Assembly (NCBI GenBank): GCA_964622085.1
Contig: CAZUPG010000001.1
Span: 6,478-33,209 of the forward strand
DNA: 26,732 bases
Direction: 5' to 3'
From: an uncultured Pirellulales bacterium
Lineage (GTDB): Bacteria; Planctomycetota; Phycisphaerae; Sedimentisphaerales; Anaerobacaceae
Shown in pieces: positions 15,635 through 23,300 of this stretch. The notes beneath the pieces were generated by a model, which did no database searches, was not told the DNA's origin, and worked only from the letters and a program-made list of their open reading frames with translations. How positions within the stretch are numbered: position 1 is the first letter of the stretch; each line of letters begins with the position of its first letter. Both the position numbers and the translations under genes were made by a program.

Positions 15635-17137
15635 TCACACACTCGGGTTCCCATTTTGCGATTTATTGCAAAATTGGGGCTCAGTTTGTTGCGAATCTAC
15701 TTCAGCTCCAAGTTGAGCGAAAATATCATTCACTTTGTTCAACTGATTTTTCAACGCGTAGTTCTCTTCAATAAATTTGCGATACCTTTGGGGTTCGTAT
15801 GTATCAGAGAGAATCTGTTCGCAGAATTCTTCGGAGATGTTAAATAAAAACTCTGATGGGAAAATCTGGCTTGCCCCCGGAAAATTATGGATAACCGGCT
15901 TCAATCCGCAGGCCATACCTTCCAACAGTCCCATACCCTGACTTTCTATAATGCTCGTGGAAACGATGTAATCTTTATCCGCAAGCCAGGAACTCACATC
16001 CTGCTGCCAGCCATCAAAAAACACTACATCGCCGAGGTTAAGAGCATCAACCATATGCCTTACATACTGTTCGAGGGCCTTATCCTGGAAGGAACCAGCA
16101 AAGAACAACCGATAGTCGTGGTCGATGTAGCGCAGCTTTTGCATACACTGCAGAATGAAAGCAGGGTTCTTTACCATTCTCAGATTGGCCAAAAAAGCAA
16201 TATTTTTGCAGCGTCTGCGATTTGTATACGTAAATTTTTGAAGATTTACGCCATTGGGAATAGTAACTATCGACGTTTGGCCTTCGAGATTGGGAACTGC
16301 CTTGATAAGAGCATCTTTAACAAAACTATTGCCGACGATTATAAGGGCGTCGATATTGGCCCAGTCGATTTCGAGCGGCCAGTGAAGATAGGCCTCGTAT
16401 CGGTGCAGTCTAATAATGCTTTTGCAAACTTTAGGCATCTTCGAGGCGGTCACGGCAAGATTGGTGCACCACTCGAACCAGGAGATATCGCTCCACTCCA
16501 TCATTTCATACAGTTGTTCTTCTGTTTGGCCTTTGAAAAGGCGCGTTTCAAAACGCTGCTTTGTGAACTCGGCAATTTCGTTGAGAAAGGTCATACCGTC
16601 GCCGCCGCAGAAGAAGGCGATCTTGGGTCTTTTGCTTCGGATTACTTCAATCATTGGTTTAAGAATCCCCTGCTCGGGCCAGATTGTTAGTGAGTGAAGC
16701 AGCATTTCGATAGCGTCGCCCTTTCTATTCTGCTGCAGCAACACGTTGGCCGTTCTATTAAGTACGTCCACATTCAATATGCCCAACAACTGCATATCGT
16801 CAAAAAGCTGCATTGCTTCTTTTGCTTTGCCGACAGCAAGATAGCTTTCAGCCAAATTCCAAACTATCTCAGCGCTATTGGCCTGTAGGCTCTTTGCTTT
16901 GACAAAATGATTGATGGCTTCGTCCGAGCGGCCCAGGCAATAGAGAATTGCCCCTACATCGTTCAGTACCTGTGCATCGTCGGGCGCCGTGCGAAGATGT
17001 TTTTGAATACAATCGAGAGCTTCCTGATATTTGCCGGCTTCAGCTAATTCCAAACCTCTCTGGTAATAATTGGGGTCTCCAAACACACTATTTTGCGTTT
17101 GGTGCACCTTCGAATCTGTCCCCTGTACCATCTGCAT
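15635..17137 (-). CDS. TPR-containing GT4 (GT-B fold) glycosyltransferase
   Basis: N-terminal TPRs ('AQVLNDVGAILYCLGRSDEAINHFVKA'), 'WSDISWFEWC', 'RLHRYEAY', 'IPNGV', and the GT4 E-x7-E motif 'ESQGMGLLE'. AGGAG spacing favours the ATG at 17131. Confidence 0.88.
   Translation of the reverse strand: MQMVQGTDSKVHQTQNSVFGDPNYYQRGLELAEAGKYQEALDCIQKHLRTAPDDAQVLNDVGAILYCLGRSDEAINHFVKAKSLQANSAEIVWNLAESYLAVGKAKEAMQLFDDMQLLGILNVDVLNRTANVLLQQNRKGDAIEMLLHSLTIWPEQGILKPMIEVIRSKRPKIAFFCGGDGMTFLNEIAEFTKQRFETRLFKGQTEEQLYEMMEWSDISWFEWCTNLAVTASKMPKVCKSIIRLHRYEAYLHWPLEIDWANIDALIIVGNSFVKDALIKAVPNLEGQTSIVTIPNGVNLQKFTYTNRRRCKNIAFLANLRMVKNPAFILQCMQKLRYIDHDYRLFFAGSFQDKALEQYVRHMVDALNLGDVVFFDGWQQDVSSWLADKDYIVSTSIIESQGMGLLEGMACGLKPVIHNFPGASQIFPSEFLFNISEEFCEQILSDTYEPQRYRKFIEENYALKNQLNKVNDIFAQLGAEVDSQQTEPQFCNKSQNGNPSV
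15644..15682. repeat. Palindromic repeat, family C, in frame at the 3' end of the TPR-GT4 gene
   Basis: CGGGTTCCCATTTTGCGATTTATTGCAAAATTGGGGCTC; about 32/40 identical to 20477-20516 by hand alignment. Confidence 0.7.
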
Positions 17138-17192
17138 TACTCCTTGATAACTTCGTTCTCAAACTATTTTGTGTTTGGGGTCCCACTTTACA

Positions 17193-18395
17193 CTATTCAA
17201 GAAAATCCAGCAGCGATATAGACATAAGTTTTCCAGCTACTGATAACGACATTTGGTACAGAACCTCACGACGAGAGAGGTCTATGGCAATCTGGGCAAT
17301 GTCGGCTTCCTGCAAACGGGTGATTTCATCTTCCGCATTGAACTTTATATTCTCAAAGCTGTCTTTGAGATTGTCAAGGAACCCGATTTTTGACCCTATA
17401 GAAACAGATTTCTGTACCAAAAGATTGTGCACCTCTTCCAAAGAACCTATTGAATTTTTTATCGCCTCCATCAATTTAGTGCCAGAGAGCTCCCTTTCAT
17501 TTTTCAATATATCTCGAACACTAATAAGTGTGTCGAATATGTCATAAGTCCCTGGCATGCGCACCATATCGACTCCGGTACCGGTTATTCCGGTGGTATC
17601 AACATACAAAACCTCACCAGTGTCGGCGTGGGTCACCATTGTATTCGCATCACCCGGCGGCACAGTTACCTCCGTATAGCTCGTCGGGTCATCGTCAATT
17701 GACAACCTGTATGGAGTACCTGGTCCACCCGGCTGGGTTATCTCAAGCCAGACATCTCCTCGGACGCTCGATGTGCCGGTGCCGGCTTTAGCTCCGGTAT
17801 CACCAAGGAAAGTCGGGGCGCTGCGGCTGTTCGAACGAAAGATGTCATCGCCTGCGTAAAAAACGCTGGATTGCACCCCGGGAGCCACCTCTATATTTCG
17901 ACTCTCACTACTGCCCTGGTAAGTTACACTGGTAATTTCTCCATTAGTGCGCTCTACAAGATATGGTGCCGAGGATGTATTGCTTCCTCCAAAAAAGTAT
18001 TGGCCCATACGTTTGGTACTAGCCAACGATACTATCTGCTCTAAGGCATCGTCGATTGCTTCTGCGAGCCCGTCTCGCCCCTCTTCCCCATAGGTGCCAC
18101 CGACAATTTGCGTTAGATGTGCTCTCTTCTCAGCAAAAACCGACATCATATCATCAATAACGGTGGAGGAAAGCTCCAGTGTGCTAATGGCCTCTGATAT
18201 ATTATTCGTATAATTTCCCAGAGACTTTTGCTGAGAGTTGAGCCCTAAAACCTGGTGTGCAGCAGAAGGGTCATCAGAAGCTCGGTTTATCCGCGAACCG
18301 GTCGATGCCTGTTCCTGCAAACGAGTCATTGCCTCGCTATGCAGATACAAAGCAAAGCTGATATTATTATAAATACTACTAAGATTTCCACTCAT
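17193..18395 (-). CDS. flgL: Hook-filament junction protein FlgL (HAP3)
   Basis: 'LQEQASTGSRINRASDDP', 'YFFGGSNTSSAPY', C-terminal 'LQEADIAQIAIDLSRREVLYQMSLSVAGKLMSISLLDFL'. Follows flgK. Confidence 0.95.
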   Translation of the reverse strand: MSGNLSSIYNNISFALYLHSEAMTRLQEQASTGSRINRASDDPSAAHQVLGLNSQQKSLGNYTNNISEAISTLELSSTVIDDMMSVFAEKRAHLTQIVGGTYGEEGRDGLAEAIDDALEQIVSLASTKRMGQYFFGGSNTSSAPYLVERTNGEITSVTYQGSSESRNIEVAPGVQSSVFYAGDDIFRSNSRSAPTFLGDTGAKAGTGTSSVRGDVWLEITQPGGPGTPYRLSIDDDPTSYTEVTVPPGDANTMVTHADTGEVLYVDTTGITGTGVDMVRMPGTYDIFDTLISVRDILKNERELSGTKLMEAIKNSIGSLEEVHNLLVQKSVSIGSKIGFLDNLKDSFENIKFNAEDEITRLQEADIAQIAIDLSRREVLYQMSLSVAGKLMSISLLDFLE

Positions 18396-18411
18396 TTATA
18401 CCTCTGCGTAT

Positions 18412-18458
18412 CACGGCCAGGCCTGTCCCGAGCGAAGCCGAGGGGATGGCCGTGTTAC
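18412..18458 (-). repeat. Family A REP half-element carrying a nested 24-bp family B insert, in the flgK-flgL gap
   Basis: The - strand reads GTAA-CACGGCCATCC-[CCTCGGCTTCGCTCGGGACAGGCC]-TGGCCGTG. Confidence 0.8.
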
Positions 18459-18462
18459 CTTT

Positions 18463-20448
18463 TCATATTATTTCCATAATAGCGGATACTGACGACTGAA
18501 CTGTATTCATATATTTGGCCATTGCCTGAAACATCTGTTCGAAAATCAATAGCTTGGCAGCTTCATCGTTGATGTTGACGCCACTCATCTCGCTTTGCTG
18601 ATTGGCGAGGTTTTGAACCATAACCTCGATGCTGTCCTGGCGCATTTGTTTAATGGAGCTCTGTTGGCCAATGTTTGTAACCAGCCGGCGATAAAACTCT
18701 CCAGGTGTCATAGAGCTCAAGCTACTTATGGCCTGGTCTCTCAGACCTGCCAGCCGAAGGGCATTGGTGTTGTCGGTCATATCCGCACCCAGGGCCGTCG
18801 CTATCCGACCAGGCATAGTAGATATATCCGAACAAACCGCAATATCGGCAGCACTACTGCCGGAAAAAAATGTGTTGATTCCGACCGCCGCCAGCAGTCC
18901 CGAAGTGTCAGTGTTGGCAAACGCCTCGATTTCAAAGGTATCATTTACCTTTAAGTCACCCGTGCCAAGAGATATCTTGATTCCATCACCTATATCAATC
19001 TTATCACCTGCCGAATAACCGGAACCGACGTTGACAGTGGTAACAACCTCACCGTCACCATTTTTAACTTCTATCCGCAGGGTGTTGTTGCCTACCGAAC
19101 CGGTATCCTGCACCATGAACGTAAAAGTCTGTTTCTCCGTACCTGTGTAAATACCGGATACGGATACAGTTGGTGGCGATGCTGCGGTAAGATTACTTAT
19201 GTCGGGCTCGGAGAGAACACAGGGAAGGAAGTCAAATTTATAGTTTGTGTCGGCTTGTATGCAAAGTTTAGAGGCAGATACCGAAACAGTCAGGCCGGTA
19301 ACATTGTTGTTAATATAATCTGCAAAGTCAGACAGTGTAGGGTCTGCCGGAAGGTCATTAGCAATATCAACTTCATATCGCTCTATCGTAGTCGTTCCTG
19401 GAACTGTTGTGTCTGTAACTCTGATAACTACCGACTCGCTAGTTATGGGTGGGTTGAAATCGGCCAAATTTTCGCTGGCCATCGGCCATCCGACCAGCTC
19501 GGTAAACGAGCCCTCTGAACCTACCCCCTGAACATGGTATTGATTTACCTGTCGTATTATTGCGCATGCCAGAGCATCCAGCTCATCTCGAATATCAGAT
19601 AAAGCAGCATTTTTTAACGACAATAATCCCCCGAGTCGTCCGCCTTGCACGTCTGTGCTGTAGTTGTACGCGCCGGCGACGGAAATACCCAGACCACCAT
19701 TTTCATCCGAACCCACCTCCAGTTCAGCAACAAAAGTGCCCGCTACCACAGGTATTCCAGCTAAATTGACATCAATTATGCCATGCTCTCTACTCTGAGT
19801 CTGGATGCCAGCTAACTCGGATAGCTCTGCTATGCACTGGTCTCTTTGGTCACGCAAATTGTTGGCCCGTTGCCCCCCTGCTTCCATCCTTTCTATGTTG
19901 CCATTGAGTTCAGCAATCTGGGTTATAAGAGTGTTGATAGATTCAATGACATTTTCAGCTTCCAATTTAATCTGGGCTTGGAGGGTGGTTAGAAATTCTC
20001 CCAAAGTTCTGAACTGACCGGCCATAGCCTCAGCGGCGCTCACGGCTTGATCTTGCCAAATAATCTCCGAGGGATGTGTGCTAAGGTCTTGCAATGCGTT
20101 GAAAAATTTGTCTATTGCCGCATTCAAACCACTGTCCTCTGTGGTAAACTCTCCGAACGCGCTCTCGACGGTGTGCAAAGTGACAAATTCCTGAGAAACC
20201 TGCTCTAATAACGACTGCTGCCGGAGAATCTCCTGCTCCAAAAGACTGTCGATTACTCTGCTGACGCCGGTGACATTAACACCTCCTCCCAACAGAATGT
20301 TGCCGACCTGCGTCGAGTATGCAGGAGTCAACTCTATTCTCTGGCGATGATACCCTTCAGTAGCCGCATTGGCGATATTATTGCCGATTATATCAAGGGC
20401 CTTTTGGGCTGCCCCAAGACCGCTGATACCTATGGAGTAATTCGACAT
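18463..20448 (-). CDS. flgK: Hook-associated protein FlgK (HAP1)
   Basis: 'IGISGLGAAQKALDIIGNNIANAATEGYHRQ', 'NNLRDQRD', C-terminal 'SGVNINDEAAKLLIFEQMFQAMAK'. GGAG RBS. Confidence 0.97.
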   Translation of the reverse strand: MSNYSIGISGLGAAQKALDIIGNNIANAATEGYHRQRIELTPAYSTQVGNILLGGGVNVTGVSRVIDSLLEQEILRQQSLLEQVSQEFVTLHTVESAFGEFTTEDSGLNAAIDKFFNALQDLSTHPSEIIWQDQAVSAAEAMAGQFRTLGEFLTTLQAQIKLEAENVIESINTLITQIAELNGNIERMEAGGQRANNLRDQRDQCIAELSELAGIQTQSREHGIIDVNLAGIPVVAGTFVAELEVGSDENGGLGISVAGAYNYSTDVQGGRLGGLLSLKNAALSDIRDELDALACAIIRQVNQYHVQGVGSEGSFTELVGWPMASENLADFNPPITSESVVIRVTDTTVPGTTTIERYEVDIANDLPADPTLSDFADYINNNVTGLTVSVSASKLCIQADTNYKFDFLPCVLSEPDISNLTAASPPTVSVSGIYTGTEKQTFTFMVQDTGSVGNNTLRIEVKNGDGEVVTTVNVGSGYSAGDKIDIGDGIKISLGTGDLKVNDTFEIEAFANTDTSGLLAAVGINTFFSGSSAADIAVCSDISTMPGRIATALGADMTDNTNALRLAGLRDQAISSLSSMTPGEFYRRLVTNIGQQSSIKQMRQDSIEVMVQNLANQQSEMSGVNINDEAAKLLIFEQMFQAMAKYMNTVQSSVSAIMEII

Positions 20449-20476
20449 TTATTAACTCCGTTTGAGCAGCAGTTTT

Positions 20477-20516
20477 CGGGGTTCTCATTTTGCAATTCAT
20501 TGCAAAATGTGGTCCC
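20477..20516. repeat. Palindromic repeat, family C, in the flgN-flgK gap
   Basis: Perfect inverted repeat CATTTTGCAAT / ATTGCAAAATG (20486-20509) with GGGGTTCT and TGGTCCC flanks; starts immediately after the flgN stop. Confidence 0.75.
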
Positions 20517-21038
20517 TCAAAACTGCAAGTTTACAAAAGCCGTGTCAGTTTGACGTTTGGTAGAACCGTTGGAGTTGTATGTAACCGTTCCTGTCCTGCC
20601 AAAGTCAAAGACGCTCTTCAAAAGCACATTGTTGAATCTGGCACAATCTGATAAAAGCAACATCGTACCTAAATGTGCTTTCTTAAGCTCATCAGTCAAG
20701 GACCTTAATTTTGCTTTTCTCTCGGCTACTTGAGCTTTTTTTACTCCCGACAATTCATATTCGATTCTGGACAGAGTCATTTGCCGGAGATTACAGTCCA
20801 AAGCGGCCGCCAATTCCTTTCGTATCGACTGCCGTTTTAATTCATTTGCCGAATAGCTGTCTGATTCACCTTGAATGCTCTCGAGCAGTTTGCCCAAAGA
20901 GGCATCATCGCGCTTGACCACAAAAGCACGCAGTTTATCCAATCGTGACAAGCTCTGCTGTATATGCCTAGCATCCTCATCGAGACAAAGGAGCAGCTCG
21001 TCGATTTTATCTTCTATTCCAACCACCGTTACTTCCAT
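20517..21038 (-). CDS. flgN: FlgN-like export chaperone for FlgK/FlgL
   Basis: 173-aa helical protein in the canonical flgJ-flgN-flgK position ('KRQSIRKELAAAL...MTLSRI...LRSLTDELKK...FNNVLLKS'). Confidence 0.7.
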   Translation of the reverse strand: MEVTVVGIEDKIDELLLCLDEDARHIQQSLSRLDKLRAFVVKRDDASLGKLLESIQGESDSYSANELKRQSIRKELAAALDCNLRQMTLSRIEYELSGVKKAQVAERKAKLRSLTDELKKAHLGTMLLLSDCARFNNVLLKSVFDFGRTGTVTYNSNGSTKRQTDTAFVNLQF

Positions 21039-21445
21039 ATATTATTCTTATCCAGCGACCTTACCGTTTTATTTGTGGCACGGCCATCCTCTCGACTTCG
21101 CTCGGGACGGGCTTGGCCGTGTTTCCACGGGCTGGAAGCCCGTGCTGCATCGGTTAAAAATTTGTGTATATCCTTCCACATCCCAAAGCCGCCGTTGTCC
21201 GCAATATCCCGGGCCAGATGTAACCAGAATATCCCCTGGACCTGCCTGGAAACTGCATCTTTATCAGAGTCCCAGCTCCCGATAGTATTCTTCATTTCGT
21301 CCAGCAGCTTATTGATAAAAACCGACTCAAAATCTTTGGCTATCTTTTTTTTCCTCTCTTCTGATATGCCGTCGATTTCAGTTAAATTCTCCAAAGGAGC
21401 CGGCGGCAGGGTCGGTTGGGTTAATATCGGTTCGATGCTATCCAC
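21029..21445 (-). CDS. flgJ: Short FlgJ (rod-binding domain only, no muramidase) with a REP-derived C-terminal extension
   Basis: 'KKIAKDFESVFINKLLDEMKNTI' and 'LARDIADNGGFGMWKDI' match the rod-binding pattern. Downstream of flgI; GTG start with AGGAG. Confidence 0.85.
   Translation of the reverse strand: MDSIEPILTQPTLPPAPLENLTEIDGISEERKKKIAKDFESVFINKLLDEMKNTIGSWDSDKDAVSRQVQGIFWLHLARDIADNGGFGMWKDIHKFLTDAARASSPWKHGQARPERSREDGRATNKTVRSLDKNNIWK
21075..21148. repeat. Family A REP doublet with a nested 24-bp family B insert, in frame in flgJ
   Basis: GTGG-CACGGCCATCC-[TCTCGACTTCGCTCGGGACGGGCT]-TGGCCGTG-TTTC-CACGGGCTGGAAGCCCGTG-CTGC. Confidence 0.85.
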
Positions 21446-21456
21446 AAAAATTTCTC

Positions 21457-22563
21457 CTACATTATTTCCAGCCTGGCCTGGAGGGCCCCGGCTTTTTTCA
21501 AGGCATTAAATATCGCTATCAGGTCCCGCGGTGTCGCCCCTATGGCATTGAGGGCTTTAGCCAGCTCTGAAACAGTAATGACTTTCGACACAGGGACCAG
21601 ATACCCGTCTTTTTCCTCAATTGCTATCTCCGTTTCCGGAACTTTTTCTGTTGTTGCACCTTCAGAAAATGACGCTGTCGGCTGGGAAACTCTTGCAGTT
21701 TCTCTGATTTTCACGACCAGACTGCCCTGCGAAATCGCCACTGTAGATATGCCGACATTCTCTCCAACTACGATGGTACCGGTGCGTTCGTTAATAACCA
21801 CCACCGCAGGGACATCAACACTTACTTCAAGCTGTGTAATATCAACTATAAAACCTACTATACCTGCCTGGCTGATTTGGCCGGGAACTTTTGTCTTGAT
21901 AGTGCCGGCATCAACGACTACCGTACTATTTGGGTGATTTTGGTTTATGGCTTTGCTGATTCGCTCGGCGGTTGCAAAATCGTTGTTTCTGAGATTAAGC
22001 GTAACAAATCTCTGCCCCGCAACATATTCAACAAACGTGGCGATTTCTGACTTCTCAACGGTAGCTCCGCTGGGTATTCGGCCAACCGTTTGATGGTTCT
22101 TTGTAATGGAGGCTTGTTTGCCTGATGCTGCCCAGCCGCCAATCGAAACTCCTCCCTGGGCGACAGCATAAACCTGACCATCAAGGCCTTTCAGTGAAGC
22201 CGGCAAAAGCATTCCGCCCTGAAGGCTTTTGGCATCTGCTATGGAAGAAACATCAACATCGATTGCGCTACCCTCACGAGCAAAAGGGCCTAACTGTGCC
22301 GTTATCATAACAATGGCAATATTGCCGCCGGTCAAATCGTCGGGAGAGAGTACCAACCCTGAATCTCTCAGGATATTCGCCAACATTTGTTGCGACGGTA
22401 AAGTGCTGTCGCCGGTGCCGGCCAGCCCTATAACCAATCCGATGCCGCTAAGCGGATTGCTCCGAACACCCTGAATATCCACGATATCCTTTATTCGCTC
22501 ACATTGTCCTGTTTCGGCTGTGTTTAACAGGACTAAAAATAAAATTATTAAACGGATTTTCAT
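21457..22563 (-). CDS. flgI: Flagellar P-ring protein FlgI
   Basis: Signal peptide, then 'RIKDIVDIQGVRSNPLSGIGLVIGLAGTGD', 'SLQGGMLL', 'INERTGTIV', 'LKKAGALQA'. Confidence 0.98.
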   Translation of the reverse strand: MKIRLIILFLVLLNTAETGQCERIKDIVDIQGVRSNPLSGIGLVIGLAGTGDSTLPSQQMLANILRDSGLVLSPDDLTGGNIAIVMITAQLGPFAREGSAIDVDVSSIADAKSLQGGMLLPASLKGLDGQVYAVAQGGVSIGGWAASGKQASITKNHQTVGRIPSGATVEKSEIATFVEYVAGQRFVTLNLRNNDFATAERISKAINQNHPNSTVVVDAGTIKTKVPGQISQAGIVGFIVDITQLEVSVDVPAVVVINERTGTIVVGENVGISTVAISQGSLVVKIRETARVSQPTASFSEGATTEKVPETEIAIEEKDGYLVPVSKVITVSELAKALNAIGATPRDLIAIFNALKKAGALQARLEIM

Positions 22564-22603
22564 GCTGCACTCTCAAAAATAATCGCTCATTGCTCCCGAT
22601 ACG

Positions 22604-22664
22604 TATTTAAACCCCGCGTAAAACGCGGGGCTAAATATTTAGCCGGCGGTTTCACCGCCGGTTT
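22604..22664. repeat. Divergent pair of TTTAG-tagged GC hairpins (family D) between flgH and flgI
   Basis: CCCCGCGT-AAA-ACGCGGGG (22612-22630) and CCGGCGGT-TTC-ACCGCCGG (22643-22661), joined by the perfect 16-bp palindrome GGCTAAATATTTAGCC (22629-22644). Confidence 0.8.
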
Positions 22665-22669
22665 GCGTT

Positions 22670-23287
22670 CTAAAATGGCCAAATAATATCAAATATCGAC
22701 CCTAGCCAGCCCGGCCTGTTATAGGATTCTGAAACACCTCCGAGCCGGGTGACAATACGGAAGTTTGCAACCTTTTTACTTTCGATTGAGTTGTCAAAGG
22801 CGATGTCACTTGGCCGTACTATACCGCTTACTTCAATGATTTGCATATCACCTGCAATGTTACGTTTACGAGTTCCCAAAACCACAAGATTACCATTCGG
22901 CAGGACATCCTCAACAACCACGGTGATGCAATCGACGAAGCTGCGCTCATCTTTGTAATCGGCTTTACCTTTTAATTCGTTACTGGACTCGGCTGACATG
23001 CTAAAGCCGGGCACACTCGGCAGAATGTGGTCAATATTCAGTTCCCCGTTAAAGCTGGTTGACCGATTGGTCTCTTTTTTCAGGTCTCTTTTTGCTTTGT
23101 TATCTACTGTGCTGGCTTCGGTGATTTTGATAGTCAGAATGTCACCTATCTGGTGTGCCACATCGTCGGCATATAACTGCTTCATATTCCTGTCTCGCCT
23201 GGCCCAGATAGAGCCTGCTTGTAAATGGTCGGCCTGGCAAAGTAAAAAAAGCGTTAGAGCCAGCATCGAGACTATTTTATTATTCAT
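22670..23287 (-). CDS. flgH: Flagellar L-ring protein FlgH
   Basis: 'IGDILTIKITE', 'VLPNGNLVVLG', 'SGIVRPSDI..DNSIESKKVAN', 'PGWLGSIFDIIWPF'. The ATG at 23287 with an AAGGA RBS is preferred over the ORF-track start at 23332, which overlaps flgA. Confidence 0.95.
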   Translation of the reverse strand: MNNKIVSMLALTLFLLCQADHLQAGSIWARRDRNMKQLYADDVAHQIGDILTIKITEASTVDNKAKRDLKKETNRSTSFNGELNIDHILPSVPGFSMSAESSNELKGKADYKDERSFVDCITVVVEDVLPNGNLVVLGTRKRNIAGDMQIIEVSGIVRPSDIAFDNSIESKKVANFRIVTRLGGVSESYNRPGWLGSIFDIIWPF

Positions 23288-23300
23288 TGTCTTTCCTTTT

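Noticed and set aside
15887-16690. Long opposite-strand ORFs (267 aa here; also 705-1211, 16948-17547, 20964-21509, 22998-23600, 26060-26617)
   Set aside because: They lie wholly or largely antisense to well-supported genes and have no recognisable motifs; treated as shadow ORFs.
21029-21445. FlgJ lacking the muramidase domain as a pseudogene
   Set aside because: Rod-binding-only FlgJ is an established normal form in many bacterial lineages.
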